A DNA stretch of 63,704 bases, counting the filler, from Chiloscyllium plagiosum (Eukaryota): assembly GCF_004010195.1 (NCBI RefSeq). It is 5 parts of one record of this genome, joined end to end, with 100 filler letters (N's around TTAATTAATTAA, not from the genome) between each part and the next. Parts side by side here need not be neighbours in the genome. Positions count along the whole stretch, not along the records: positions 21,460 to 36,351 come from NC_057717.1; positions 36,452 to 49,287 come from NC_057717.1; 3 more parts are not named here. One strand, given 5' to 3'. Made by a program: the position numbers and the translations under genes. Every line of letters starts with the position of its first letter. Position 1 is the first letter of the stretch. The notes under the pieces are model-generated. The model did not search any database and was not told where the DNA came from. It worked only from the letters and a program-made list of their open reading frames with translations. Positions 25,051 through 38,209 of the stretch are shown piece by piece.

Positions 25051-27894
25051 ACTATACAGTGTGAGAGAGATGAATGAAAATGTAGTGATTTCCCGGTTTC
25101 TGCTCTCGTCGTGTGATCATACCTGAATGACTTCGTTTAAAGGCAGAATATTGCTTACCCTTTATTTTATTATGGAAGAGGCAAACCAGATCCCAACTGC
25201 CCCCAACCCAGCCTAGTACAAAGCATTTTATGGGGTGGCATGACCCTAACTTCTGTACTTTCTGAAATGCAAAAGTCATGCGCTGGAAAATATGTGTGAT
25301 TCGATATGTCTCCCACAAAGCTTCTAGCAAAACATGCAGTATGTTTACAGCACAGCTAAAACAACACAAACACAAAACGATTTCGTAGAACTCTAAACCT
25401 TTGACATACTTAACAAGGTAATATATTGTCCAAGCACTCGCCGTCAGCTCTTTCACTGTGACCACCTTCACCATAAACATGACTTTTGCAAGTGAATTCG
25501 CGAGCACAACTAATATTCTTATCAGCTGTTTATATCAAGTTCAGGAGAAGAAGCACCAAAAGAAACATTCTCCTCCTTTGATTTCGAAGAGGAAGCCATG
25601 TTGTCTCAGCCCTCACTCCAGGAACAGAGAATTCACCCTTTCAGCTCAGACACCCTGGAAAAAGCCGTCAAGAGAACCAAAGTAATGACGTTGGATTTGT
25701 GTGAGCATTATCGGGCTCAATTACTATTCCTTTGTCTTACTGGAAGGAAACACCTCGGGAAAGACAAACGTTTTTGGCCTGCTTGAAGGAGACGTTCATT
25801 ACAACGATAAACATAAATTTATTGAAAGTTTCTGCAAGGTCCATAATCTGTTCATAACATTGAGATGGGACGAAATCTGCATAAAACATAATTGCGATGC
25901 TAATTAAATGTCATGCAAGATACAATAATTTACAGACCCGAAATTTCAAGTGTTCAAAAATGAAAAATCGTGAATCCCAATTATCTTACAACGAGATGAT
26001 TCGTTTTCGTTTTCAGATGACGTTAGGTTAGATGTAACAATAGGTTACGACAACTGTGATTGCATTCTGGCAATCAATGCTTCACTTGTATCATCTGTAT
26101 CCAAACAATGACTGCTGGAACATCAATGCTATCCATCCAGTTCCTTTATCCACATATAGAATCTAAAATCTTGACTGGGGCACACACTGCAACGTGCAAC
26201 AGTCATCGTAGAACATTCCAAACGGTGCACGAAACTTCGTCTTTCATGTGAAAAGCCACGTTCAGTCCTTTCTTTAGAAATCCTGTGTATTGCGTCTTCC
26301 AGTCGTTATATTTCTCTCTCCGTCTGTGTCTCCATGACCCCATGTGTCCATTATTGATCACCCCGAACACGGGACGAGGGGAAAAAACTGAAGTCAGGAA
26401 TTGTAAAGGTGGAAATTACATAAAATGCCCGTGAAATGTAATCAATGAACATTAGCCCTTTGGAAGCATAGAGTGAAGAATGTTAACTGAGAGATTAGAG
26501 AGGAGGAGATAAGAATATTGAACTGAAGGCAGAGTAACAATGTACAGATATTCAGAAAGAAGAAACAATTCCGACCAGCCCAAAAGTGAATTCTACGAGA
26601 TGGGGATCTTTTGTTTCAATCAGCACAATACCCTGACCTGAGCTGTGTGCGTGTGTAATTTGTTTGACGTTGTAAATATTGCATTTAGGTAATCCGTATC
26701 AATGGGTTAACGTGATGATCACCTCAGAGGCAGAGATTGACAATAAAATTATCGCGATGAAGAATGTACGAGTTTCACCATGCAAAGACGTCATCACAGG
26801 TTCACCACACCCAGGTCCACCACAGGAGCTGCACCACCTCGCTCCCCAAAAACCAAAGTGCACAATCACTGATTGGAGACATGGGCCCAGCAATTTTAAA
26901 CCTCTCGTACGTTTGTATCACACGGACCCAAATATTGATTGAGCAAAATGGGGTACTGTCCTTTGAGGGTTCGAATGTTTTTCTTAATGTTGAGGACGTT
27001 GATTTGGCTGCACATGCCAGCACGTTTCGGAGGCAGCTGAATCGAGAGGAAAGCTGAATGTCATTTTTTTTTCGTTTGTTTTGATGTTTTAATTCCCCTG
27101 TCAGCTCTTGTGTTCTATTTCTCTCATATTTTTGGTCACCCTCTCCACCTCCGTATGTTTCTCAATAAGGATTCTCCGTGAGTCACTGGTTTTATGAAAT
27201 CCTGCCGTTGCCTCTCTTCCTTCTACACTTCTTGTCTCTGTCTCTCATTCCAGGTCACACTTTCTGCTTCACAATCTTTATTACTGCCCTCCCTATCCCC
27301 GTCTCCTTTCGACCTTATCGCTGACTCTGCTTTATCGACTGTCCTGGATATAACGAATGTTTTTCCCTATGCACTGCGGCTTCAGTGGATCATCAATGAG
27401 CGAGCCGCTCGCGATGTGGAATGGGTCCATGATGAATGATACTGTTTGGCTGTGGTCACTTCAGAACCTGAAGCAAACTGAGTGTGGTCATGAGCCCCCA
27501 AATCTCGGGAATCACCTTTACGGTAATCACAGGAATGTTATCATTGGGTTGGCCTTCTCACTGCCGACATAATCAGAGTAAACAATTAGTAATGGGTTCT
27601 GCTGTTGAATAGAAACGTTCTTACTTTTTACTACTGTCATGTATATTGTATGTTAAAATTTTTGGCATCATGCGCCACATTTTACCAAACCAGTGAACAA
27701 ATCAGGAATTCTATGATTCTCTTCTATGCTTCTGAATGAGCTGTACAACGTATTTTGTGTGAAGAATTTGAGACTGCTTTTACTTTTGCAGATGTGCTTT
27801 GATTAGCTCCTCACAGGTATTTAAATAATCCACTTACCCTTCAAATCCGAGCTGCTAGTTGCCAACTCTTTTGTTTTGACTGTCCAATTCCAAT

Positions 27895-28155
27895 TAGCTT
27901 AGCTTTCGTACAGTGTGGAAGCAGGCCCTTCGGGGAAATCAGTCCACAACGATATTACAAAGAGTTTCCAACCCAGACCAATTTCCCTATGAGAAATTCA
28001 GCTTTCACTGTTTAGCATCGCAAATTCACCTGACCTGCACAGCTTTGGACTGTGGGACGAAACCCACGCCGATATGGGAAGAATGCGCAAAGTCCACACA
28101 GACATTCATCCGATGCTGGAATCGAATTTGGTACCCTGCTCACCACAGTGCCAAC
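27895..28155 (-). mobile_element. Decayed V-SINE (HE1-like)
   Basis: acagtgtggaagcaggcccttcgg..cacctgacctgcaca..ttggactgtggga. Confidence 0.8.
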
Positions 28156-28611
28156 GTTAGGATAAAAGCTGTGCGAATGTGTCGTAAAATATATGATGAG
28201 GTGACGTCAACCTTATCAGGCAATGATTATCAGCAAAGCAAAGGAATAATTTTTCGAAATTACCTCAAATGCAGTCAGATAGGTAAAAGTTTCAAAAAAT
28301 AAATAGGCAGCAAACAGATTGCACGGAATGTATTACAGACTTCCACAACATCCCGGGAGAAACGGAAGAACAGTTTTGTTGTCAAACTTGAGGCAACATT
28401 TAAAGCAAAATGGTTTGTGAAAATAAGGGATTTGTTCTTTCCAACATTTAATTTCATCGTAATGGCGAGAACGGTATACGGGAAGCTTTATTTTTCAATG
28501 AACATATTTTCCTCTTTGCTCAACACCTATGGGAAAGAACATTTCATTTTAACAGGCCATTTCTCGATATTTCCATCTTTTCTCATCCCTTCTCAGACAC
28601 GTGCATACGCT

Positions 28612-28850
28612 CATAAGACATAGGAGCAGAATTAGTCCATTCGGTCCTTCCAGTCTGCTTCGCCATTCGATCAAGGCTGAAATGCTCACCACTCCTATTT
28701 TTCTGCCTTCTCTCCATATTACCTCAACCCATTACCATGTCACAACCGTTCTAACTCGTCCTTAAATTTACTCACTGTCCCAGCTTTTATCGAATTTTGG
28801 TGCAACAAATTCCTCAGATCCATGATGCTTTGGGAGAAGGAGACCCTCTG
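28612..28850 (-). mobile_element. CR1 3' end fragment
   Basis: cataagacataggagcagaattag.ccattcgg antisense tail. Confidence 0.65.
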
Positions 28851-28899
28851 CAATAAATCTACAATTGCTCAGATGCTTTATGTTGCATTAGAAACTTCC

Positions 28900-29710
28900 G
28901 GTCTGATTCACCATCCAACATTTATTCCAAATGTACAGTGCTGATGCATGTCCCTCCTCTATCCTGACTGTTATAGAGCTACCAAATTTAAAAAGGACAA
29001 TGTCTCTGAACCATTGCTTTTCACTACCATCGACTATAAGGCGCGGATAGACAGGCACACGACACCCATTTGCTTCATCCAGGGACGCATGCAGTACTTT
29101 CAAGTGAGACAAAGGTTCACCTGCATGATTTCTAAACTAATTTCCTGCATCAGGCGCTCCAGATGTAGTCTTCTCTCTGTCGGGGGGACAAAACGTAAAC
29201 TTACAGAAAGTTTCACCAAACACCTCAGCCAAGCCAGCCGGGGCGGATCTGATCTCCCAATCAGGCGCAGTTTTGAACTATGTTCCCACATGACCATCCT
29301 TGGCCTGGTCCATTGACACAATCAATCAAACATCAAATTTGGCGAACAACAACTCATCTTCCACCTGGGCAGCATGCAGTCTAGATTTCTCAAAGCTGAG
29401 TTCTCTAATTTCAAATGACGTCATTTCCCAGAAGTCATTACCCATCCAGGCCTCTCCCTCCTCACTCACATTCGTATCATCGGTTCTTCCTTCTATCCAC
29501 CCGCCTGACTCTTTCTCTCATCGACCAAAGCTGTCGTACCCTCTACCTGTGTTCACTCACCTCACCTCACCATCCTGCCCGCCCACCCCTTTAGGTGAAG
29601 CGCCCGTTTCGCCCTTGGCCAGTTCAGAAGAAGGGTAACACTCGAAAAGATGAATTATGCACCTACTGATGCTGTCTGGCTTGTGTTCTTCCAAAATCCC
29701 ACTTGTCTCT
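28900..29710 (+). mobile_element. PLE GIY-YIG fragment with decayed hammerhead
   Basis: FQVRQRFTCMISKLISCIRRSRCSLLSVGGTKRKL is a decayed GIY-YIG. ttcagaagaagggtaacactcgaaaag lies at 29623-29649. Confidence 0.75.
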
Positions 29711-29989
29711 CATGGGACAGACACTGGCAGATTTAGAGACACAGGTTCGTTCACAAACTTACAGACAATGTTGACGGATGTCAGTTCCCTCTTCCTCTCT
29801 CATTTAAATCCACAAATGCAAGGGCAAATGCGCTAAAATGCAGACACCTTCGAATGTGTGCACACGTGCAAATTAGAACTTAAATGGCCACAAAAAGACA
29901 TGACCCACTCTCACTACTACCCTTACATACAGATGAGGACGGACACCACATCGACCGAGATAACACATATTTCGCCAACGCTAGTAGAC

Positions 29990-30130
29990 TCAAACATGAA
30001 AAGAGAAAGCGGGGTACACCACGAGTTCTTCATTCGGAGGCTCACTGAAAATGTTACCTGGCACAATGACAGAACGTATGAAAGCAAACCTACATCCAAA
30101 ACTTGAACCTATGCTACAAATCTTCTGAAA
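29990..30130 (+). mobile_element. Solo pLTR fragment of the same PLE family as 46817-47561
   Basis: cactgaaaatgttacct..gcaaacctacatccaaaa matches 47483-47562. Confidence 0.75.
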
Positions 30131-30869
30131 ACACGCGGCCTCACAAGTATATACAAAGACGTTTGTGACCAAACATATATGGATATAAATAGATAGAAAC
30201 GAAGATACACACAGACATATGCACAAACATTATTAAGCATACAAAAAATGACCCTGTCATCGACATATGAAAATGTCAGAGACAATATCACTCAGTCTCA
30301 CACCGAACACTGATATATGCAAAGAATTAGTCATCTAGAAATGTGAAATACAAATGTAAATTCACAAGCAAAAGTACACATCACAGACATGTAAACATTG
30401 AAGCACCGATATAAACTCAAACAGAAATATAAAATAAAAACACATAATGGGACAGAGACACGCCGAGAGCGAAGCACACTTACAAATGCAGAGCCACTAT
30501 TATTCATCATAATTATACACATACACACACAGATAGCAACAACACAAACGGATGCGAAGTAGATGAAGAGACAAAGAAGAAGACACTGTAGACAGATTTA
30601 GCATCAGAACAGGGCGATTTATTAAAGAGAAACAAGAATGATTGGACTGAATGGATTGTCTTTAACAAATAGGACAGGCATGGCCTTTGGTGAGCCAGTG
30701 AAGCTCTCAGCCACAATTCGGAATTTGTATTTTGATTTTGTTAAACTTAATTCCAGGACTTTCAATAAAGTTTCAATCTATTCATTTGGTAAGGCATCTG
30801 TCATTTCGAACGCTAACATTGAGGAGTAAAAAACGCGAAATGCGGCCTAAGACTCGGCACTTTCCATTT

Positions 30870-31159
30870 TAGATTAGATTACATTGCAGCGTGGAAACAG
30901 GCCCTTCGCCCCAACAAGTCCACACCGACCCGCCGAACCACAACCCACCCATGCCCCTGCATTTATCCTATGGGCACTTTAGCATGGCCAATTCACCTGA
31001 CCTGCACATCTTTGGACTGTGGGAGGAAACCGGAGCACACCCACACAGACACGGGGAGAATGTGCAAACTCCACACAGTCAATTCCTGAGGCTGGAATTG
31101 AACCCGGGTCTCAGGCGCTGGGAGGCAGAAGCGCTAACCACTGTGCCACCGTGCCACCC
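30870..31159 (-). mobile_element. V-SINE (HE1-like)
   Basis: (ttaga)n tail, V core, and tRNA-like head ending ccactgtgccaccgtgccaccc. Confidence 0.92.
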
Positions 31160-31343
31160 ACATGCCTTCATAACTTAATTAAATGATTGCAAAGTAAGCC
31201 CTTTAATAAAATGTGATTTGACTCCTGTACCTGATTCGCTGAGACGACCGTCAATCAGCAGGTAGGGATTTATATTTCAGTAAGGTCGCAAACAAATCAT
31301 TTGAGCGAGCTCGCTCATGGTGGAATATACCACGGGGTGTTGT

Positions 31344-31711
31344 TCAGTTTTGATGTTTATTTTGTAATTCAAAAAGAGATGTGACAGGATATTTCAATAC
31401 GTATTGGAGCAGTTCACTGAACATGGACTGTGTCACTGCATAAATAAACATATTCGTGCAGCAGTTGATATTCAGCACCATCCCTCTGACATGTTGACAT
31501 GTGGCTGCAGGAAGACAGACTGCAATAAATTTTCACACAGGAATGATATCCAGGAAAGACAATGGGAAACAATCATTGCTAACATGGCTCAAGATGACCT
31601 CAGTAACAATAACAAGGAGATTAGCCATTGCCATGGAGACAAGGTAGTGAACATTGCAGGTAAAAAGGTCACATGTTTCGTTGAACTGTATCACTATCCC
31701 TCGTAAATTCA
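31344..31711 (-). pseudogene. GPR139-like pseudogene with large internal deletion (TM3 to TM7)
   Basis: Minus strand reads NLRGIVI..HYLVSMAMANLLVIVTEVIL..FPLSFLDIIPV, then ..AAT joined directly to ..NCCTNMFIYAVTQSMFSELLQYVLKYPVT. The acceptor AG appears mutated to AA. Confidence 0.85.
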
Positions 31712-31805
31712 TTGGAGAAGACAGAATGAAAACTGAGCGCAAATCACTGTGTAAACAATCTTGAATTCTGACCTTCACCTTCAATACTAAATGAAACGTT
31801 CATTC

Positions 31806-31860
31806 GTGCATGTGTGTGTCTGTGTGCGTGCGTGTGTATGTGTGTGTGTTAGTGTGTGTG

Positions 31861-31902
<42 letters not shown>
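31806..31902. repeat. (TG)n microsatellite
   Basis: Visible TG run. Confidence 0.95.
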
Positions 31903-31904
<2 letters not shown>

Positions 31905-31984
31905 AGTCAGGGCCTCTGTGCATGTTGTGATGATGCTGTACATATAACAAGTTTATGTTGTCCTTGGCATTTTTTTTAAGAGAG

Positions 31985-32575
31985 GTTGTCATAGACATAA
32001 CCTCTGAAACGTTTCGGTTCAAAGGGGTTTAGGGCCAGTTTGATTACAGCTGACAGAAACTGCCTAAGTCAAAAGGGCATTGGTTTTCAAAAAAAACACC
32101 TGTACAATCAAAGGGGAGTAAACGGTTTTCTTTTTTCCAGCTCAGCTTTTCTCTGGTATGATTTAATGTTTGATCGAGTGGTTGTCTACGGAAAGCAGTG
32201 AGACAGTTTAAAAGCTGCTGGTCCATACTTGTCAACTCTCTGTGACCTCTCTTCTGTGATACCTTTTGTTTGAATTTACCTTTTATGACAAGTGGTATAT
32301 AAGGTATTGTTGCGAGCATTTGAAACAATAAGAGAACGTTGTGATTTTTTTTTTGGCTTTTCTGATAGTTTAAGTTATTCTGTTCTGTTCTCTTTTGTTT
32401 TTGTTTCATTCGGTAATTATATAAATGAATTCTGTTTTGTTTAAAACTAAGTGGGTTAACCAGCTGCATTCCTCCTGGAATATCTGCCTTAAACCTGTTT
32501 AAAATAGGTCGCAAAGTTGGGGTTTGAGCCATGTTCTTGAAATGCTTTGAGTGTGTTTGTTCTGAATCAAAGCAG
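31985..32575. mobile_element. Possible solo LTR-like repeat
   Basis: Starts tgtcat. Partial similarity to 36790-37065 (gtattgttg, cttgaaat, gag.g.gt.tg). Family not identified. Confidence 0.3.
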
Positions 32576-33524
32576 TGTTTGTTAATGAGGGAAAGGATGT
32601 TAATTCCTTGAGCGTGTAAGTTATGGGAAAGGGGTTATTGCTCAACATTAATTTTGAGATTTTTATCACCACCCGAAAACAAATGTAACACGTCTGATTT
32701 GGTTCCATGAGACAAGCATTAGCCAAGCAACACCAAAAAAAAATTAAATGAATTGCAGCATATAATGGAGAGCTGAAACGTGGGGAAAGTTGGTGAAACG
32801 CGAGATGTGGCAGGGTCAGATCAAAGAGAAAATGAGTGAAAGTTTCCAATCCGATATGCCTCGTTTGCAGAATAACCAAGAATGGTCAATAATTTTCAGT
32901 CATACACTTTTTTGTAAAAGAGGAGCGAGGAGTGTTTGGACGCTATCCAGCTTCAGTCATGTTGCCCATACAGATCTTCAAGCTTTCTATTCTCCGTCCC
33001 AAGATCCAAACTCCTGTTTGAACCTCCCCTGTTTGGAAAGGTCGCTATTTTATATAAATTTGTACTTTGCTTATCGGGTGAACTGGGAAAACAAATAATT
33101 AAAGCAAAATAAAAGGAGCCTCCTTCAGGATACAATTGATGCACATTTTTGCGACACGTAGTCTGCCTAGTGTTATGCAGCTGCTCGGTCAAGGGAGCGT
33201 TATGATGGAGAGGAACTTCAGTCTGTGCACGAATGGAGTTTCACCTTACAAGTAATAACTGATTGAACTGCGGATTTCTGAGGTATTGTTGGTAAAATTC
33301 TTCTGGCCTAGAGTAACTATGTTGTCGTTTTGGAAAGCTAAAACAGCTTGGGTTCTGAACAAAGCGTTCAGAGGTAATCAGATCTTCACAAAATCAAAAG
33401 TCGCTTCTACTCTCTCAAAAGCAATAACTTGAACAAGAAATAAAACCATTTGTGTTCTTTTTTCCAGCAGCTACCGTGATTGTATTGTTTAATGATTACT
33501 TAAACGGATCAGGGCTTTTTTTTA

Positions 33525-33810
33525 CATTAGGTTAATTACAATGTGGAAACTAGGCCTTCGGCTCAACAACTCCACACCGACCCTCAGAAAAGCAACCCAC
33601 CCATTCCCATTCTCCTACACCTAACACCACGGGCAATTCACCTAACCTGCACATCTTTGGACTTTCGGAGGAAACTGGAGCACCCGGAAAAAAACCCACT
33701 CAGACAGGGAGAGAATGTGCAAACTCCACACAGACAGTTCCTTGAGGTGGGAATTGAACGTGGTGCTCTGGTGCAGTGATGCAGCAGTGCTAACCGCCGT
33801 GCCCTCCTGC
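33525..33810 (-). mobile_element. V-SINE (HE1-like)
   Basis: V core gagaatgtgcaaactccacacagac and tRNA head. Confidence 0.88.
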
Positions 33811-34141
33811 TAGCCTTATTAAAACTGGTCCCACTGAGTACCGAACTCTCAACCTCGACATTTCATGCATTTTAATACTTCTTTCCAATTATGACGCACG
33901 AAGTGATCGTGCCACTGGGAAAGCGCTTAGAGCAGCACTCAGCTTGCATGTCCAGCAGCCAAGTGGAAAATGCCAAACTGAATTGCATAGAAGCATAGTT
34001 CTTGGCAACTTAGAAACAACACACAACACATTTCATCAGAAGCTATAGATAAGTTGAGGTTGCGGGTAGTAGATTGTTTCGCAAATGGCAGGACGTTTAT
34101 GAGTGGTCAAAAGTACAGAAGCTGATATTAGGTTCAAGGAA

Positions 34142-34313
34142 GTTAGATTAGATTACTTTACAGTGTGGAAACAGGCCCTTCGGCCCAACAAGTCCACACC
34201 GACCCGCCGAAGCGCAAACCACCCATACCCCTACATTTACCCCTTACCTAACACGACGGACAATTTAACATGGCCAATTCACCTAACCTGCACATCTTTG
34301 GACTGTGGGAGGA
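34142..34313 (-). mobile_element. V-SINE 3' half running into a gap
   Basis: Near-identical to 45922-46095. Confidence 0.88.
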
Positions 34314-35397
34314 NNNNNNNNNNNNNNNNNNNNNNNNNNNNNNNNNNNNNNNNNNNNNNNNNNNNNNNNNNNNNNNNNNNNNNNNNNNNNNNNNNNNNNN
34401 NNNNNNNNNNNNNNNNNNNNNNNNNNNNNNNNNNNNNNNNNNNNNNNNNNNNNNNNNNNNNNNNNNNNNNNNNNNNNNNNNNNNNNNNNNNNNNNNNNNN
34501 NNNNNNNNNNNNNNNNNNNNNNNNNNNNNNNNNNNNNNNNNNNNNNNNNNNNNNNNNNNNNNNNNNNNNNNNNNNCAAGGTGTTGGCTGGGCAGAAGAAC
34601 ATTAGGCAGTATGACAGTTTGGAGAGACCTGAGCGTTTTCTTTAGAGCAGAGATAGCTGTGTGGTTCCAGATTTAGGATTATACGGTTATTCGAGGTAAC
34701 GGGCCGGTGGTAAGAAACTTGTCTGAGCTTGTGATCTTCCTGCAGCATTTAATACTGTGCAGTAAGTGCGACAAATGGCGAGATGAGACACAAGTAAAGT
34801 TTATACTGGGTAATCTGTGGCTGTTTGAAATGCAGCAGTGACGCACGAGTGATGTATCTGATGGAGACATGCACGATATTGAATGGCATTGACTCGGNNN
34901 NNNNNNNNNNNNNNNNNNNNNNNNNNNNNNNNNNNNNNNNNNNNNNNNNNNNNNNNNNNNNNNNNNNNNNNNNNNNNNNNNNNNNNNNNNNNNNNNNNNN
35001 NNNNNNNNNNNNNNNNNNNNNNNNNNNNNNNNNNNNNNNNNNNNNNNNNNNNNNNNNNNNNNNNNNNNNNNNNNNNNNNNNNNNNNNNNNNNNNNNNNNN
35101 NNNNNNNNNNNNNNNNNNNNNNNNNNNNNNNNNNNNNNNNNNNNNNNNNNNNNNNNNNNNNNNNNNNNNNNNNNNNNNNNNNNNNNNNNNNNNNNNNNNN
35201 NNNNNNNNNNNNNNNNNNNNNNNNNNNNNNNNNNNNNNNNNNNNNNNNNNNNNNNNNNNNNNNNNNNNNNNNNNNNNNNNNNNNNNNNNNNNNNNNNNNN
35301 NNNNNNNNNNNNNNNNNNNNNNNNNNNNNNNNNNNNNNNNNNNNNNNNNNNNNNNNNNNNNNNNNNNNNNNNNNNNNNNNNNNNNNNNNNNNNNNNN

Positions 35398-35850
35398 GAC
35401 CCTGAGGTCAACAGACAGGTCAGTCGGGGGGTCTTCAACATTCGTCAGCCTGACAAACAGAATCTGGGAGAACTAAAAGCTGATGAAGCACACCAAGGTC
35501 GCAAGTCAAAGGGCCAGCGCCCTCAGCACACTGCCTCAGGGCAGTGAGACCTGGAGCCTCTACTCCATTCAAGGGCAACGTCTCAATGCCTTTCCCTTTG
35601 CAGCCTGAGAGAGATGCTGGACATGATGTGGTCTGACAGAATCACCAACAATGTGATCCTGCCACACGCCCAGATACCCCGCCTCTTTACCCTGCTTCAA
35701 CAGCGTCGTCTCCATTGGCTGGAGCCACATGCACTGCGTGTTAGACAGAAAGAGCCTGAAAGACCTGCTGGACTGGGAACTGGCCTCCGCCAAGGGAGCG
35801 CAAGGGCAGCCCCATCTTCGGATCATAAATGGCTGCAAGAGAAATCACTG
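35398..35850 (+). mobile_element. RTE-clade LINE 3' ORF remnant
   Basis: DPEVNRQV, RLNAF and LREMLDMMWSDRITNNVIL..LLQQRRLHWL, which are RTE C-terminal motifs. Confidence 0.7.
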
Positions 35851-35919
35851 AAGCAAGACTTTGCAGGTGCCGATCCATGGTCTTGCGAGACTCACAGGTG
35901 TGCCAACATTCACATGCTT

Positions 35920-36351
35920 TCGAGATGGTCACAGAGGAGGTTTACTGGGATGCTGCCTGGATTGGAGGATTTGTCTTCCAAAGAGAAGCTGAGTGAGCTT
36001 GGACATTCCAGACTGGAGCGAAGGAAATGAGGTGACCTGATAGAAGTGCACAAGGTAATGGATGGTACAGATAGAGTAGATAACCCGAGACATTTCCCCA
36101 GAAAAGGCCTCCCACGAGGGGTCATTATCGTAAGGTGATTGGAGGGAGGTATAGTGGAGACCTGAGAGGTAGGTTCTTTACTCAGAGAGTGGTGCATGCA
36201 TGGAGTGGTGCAAGAGGAGTCAGAGACATGAGAGAGGTTTAAACAAGTGAAGAACAAGGAGATGGAGGGCAGTAAATTGAGGGGTGTGTCGGTTCGGTTG
36301 ATGTTAGATTAAGATAAATGCTCGGCTCAACACCGTGGGCCAAACTGTTCT
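35920..36351 (+). mobile_element. CR1 3' fragment
   Basis: QRRFTGMLPGLEDLS..LERRK-RGDLIEV. Confidence 0.85.
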
Positions 36352-37219
36352 NNNNNNNNNNNNNNNNNNNNNNNNNNNNNNNNNNNNNNNNNNNNTTAAT
36401 TAATTAANNNNNNNNNNNNNNNNNNNNNNNNNNNNNNNNNNNNNNNNNNNNTCTCTCTCCCTTTATCTGTCTTTCTCTTTGTCTGTCTTTCTCTCTCTCT
36501 CCCTTGCACTGACCTCACCATGTGCTTCCTTTCCCTCTTAAAAGTGCTGCTTTCTTTTTCGCCAAAGCTCCAACACAATGAAACAGCATGTAAAACAATA
36601 ATCGCTGCTCCCGCAATTCGAGGAAATCACCTTCCAGCAATGAAAATACATTTGAAAAGGAGCAACATGTTCCAGCAAGAAATGTGTTCCCGTCCTCCAC
36701 CTCGGATCGCCCACAATCCTTCAGTGTCGCTGGGTGAAAATCCTGGAATTGCCTCCCTCTGCGGGGCAACCCACAGCTGGTGGACTGCAGTTAGAAGCCT
36801 ATTAGAAGCCTAAAAACAGTTGGAAGCTTCAGTGAACGGCTCTTGGTTGCAACTCTCTCTGAATTGCCTCTTGATGACACTTCCTCCTGGATTGGAGAAC
36901 TGCATGTGAGAATCTGAATCCGAAGTTTCCTTTCTCTCAAGGGGTGTGTTTATGGGCTGTTGAATTGCATCAGAAACAGAGGCTTAATAATTGCTTTAAA
37001 ATAACAGAAAAAAAAGTATATATTGCCTTCTTCAAATATTCTGAGGGGGTCTGGCCTGGTCCATGCTAATTATTCAATGACTCAGATCTCTGTCATGCTT
37101 TGATTGTATGACCCTCGAGGATTCTGAAAATCTGTATCGCTGTGTTTTACTCAGTATGACTCGACGATTCTCTAAAACATTTTCTGACTGTCGATGACAC
37201 TGGGACTCTCTCTGACTAC

Positions 37220-37735
37220 TTATGACTAGATTCCTGCCAACTCTTCTTCAAGAATGCCATCAAAAGCATTCTGTCTGGATGTATCACAACCTGGTATGGC
37301 AACTGTACCATTCGGAGATCGGAGACGGTTACAGAGAGTGGGTGAACTCGGCCCGGACAATCACAAAGGCCAACCTCCCATCTATAGAATCCATCTCCCA
37401 GGCCCACTCTCAAGGGTAGGCCGCCAGCATTCTCAAAGCTCCATCCCACTCTGGCAATGTTTTTCTACAACCTCTACCATCGGGGAGAAGGTACAGAAGC
37501 CTGAACGCACGCCTGAAACAGTTTCTACCCCACTGTTGTTAGAATACTGAATGGACTCACAAATCCTTAACAATCGCCTGTACCTGTGATTTTGTTTTTT
37601 TGCCGCTGCTAACCTATTATTTACTTATCTATGTTATTTAACTCTGTGGTCTGCCTGTATGGGCTCGCAAGGCCAAGCTTTTCACTGTGTCTTGGGACAC
37701 GTGACAATTCAATTCAGTTCAATTCAATTCAATTC
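37220..37735 (+). mobile_element. Rex1/Babar-type LINE 3' fragment
   Basis: Frameshifted SILSGCITTWYGNCTIGDRRRLQRV..ARTITKANLPSIESI with a (caatt)n tail. Confidence 0.75.
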
Positions 37736-38057
37736 TCAATGCCTCTGTGCAAGTCTCTACATCTGTTACTCTCCATGACTCTCTATGTCTGCCTCTGACT
37801 CTCTCCGACACTGAATCTCAATGATTCGATAACTCTCCTATTTTACATCTTTCAGTAAATTTCTGTGATTCGGTGCCACGCTGACTCCTTAACCCCCTCC
37901 AGCACCTGAGACTCTATATCTGCATGACTCTTAATCATCGCAGTTATTTTTTTTATTTGTCGTTACTCCCATATACATGCAGTAAAAATGAAACAGCGCT
38001 CCTACAGGACAGGGGCAGCATGAACAACACAATCCTACATGGTGTAAAGTGAACAAG

Positions 38058-38147
38058 AGCCGGAGATGTGTTGCTGGAAAAGCGCAGCAGGTCAGGCAGC
38101 ATCCAGGGAACAGGAGAATCGACGTTTCGGGCATAAGCCCTACTTCA
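38058..38147 (-). mobile_element. ~90-bp PLE-derived hammerhead-containing insertion with 14-bp TSD
   Basis: Flanked by gtaaagtgaacaag at 38044-38057 and 38148-38161. Minus strand reads ctgaagtagggcttatgcccgaaacgtcga. Confidence 0.85.
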
Positions 38148-38209
38148 GTAAAGTGAACAAGCAAAGCAAAACCCTCAAGTTACAGTGCAACAGAATAATG
38201 ATTCATTAT

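Noticed and set aside
25052..25507. 151-aa hydrophobic ORF as another GPCR fragment
   Set aside because: No DRF/DRY, ADL or NxxxY motifs; likely chance in AT-rich DNA.
26345..26366. tRNA-Lys PBS-like string caccccgaacacgggac
   Set aside because: Lacks the TGG start, has an indel, and no adjacent LTR or gag.
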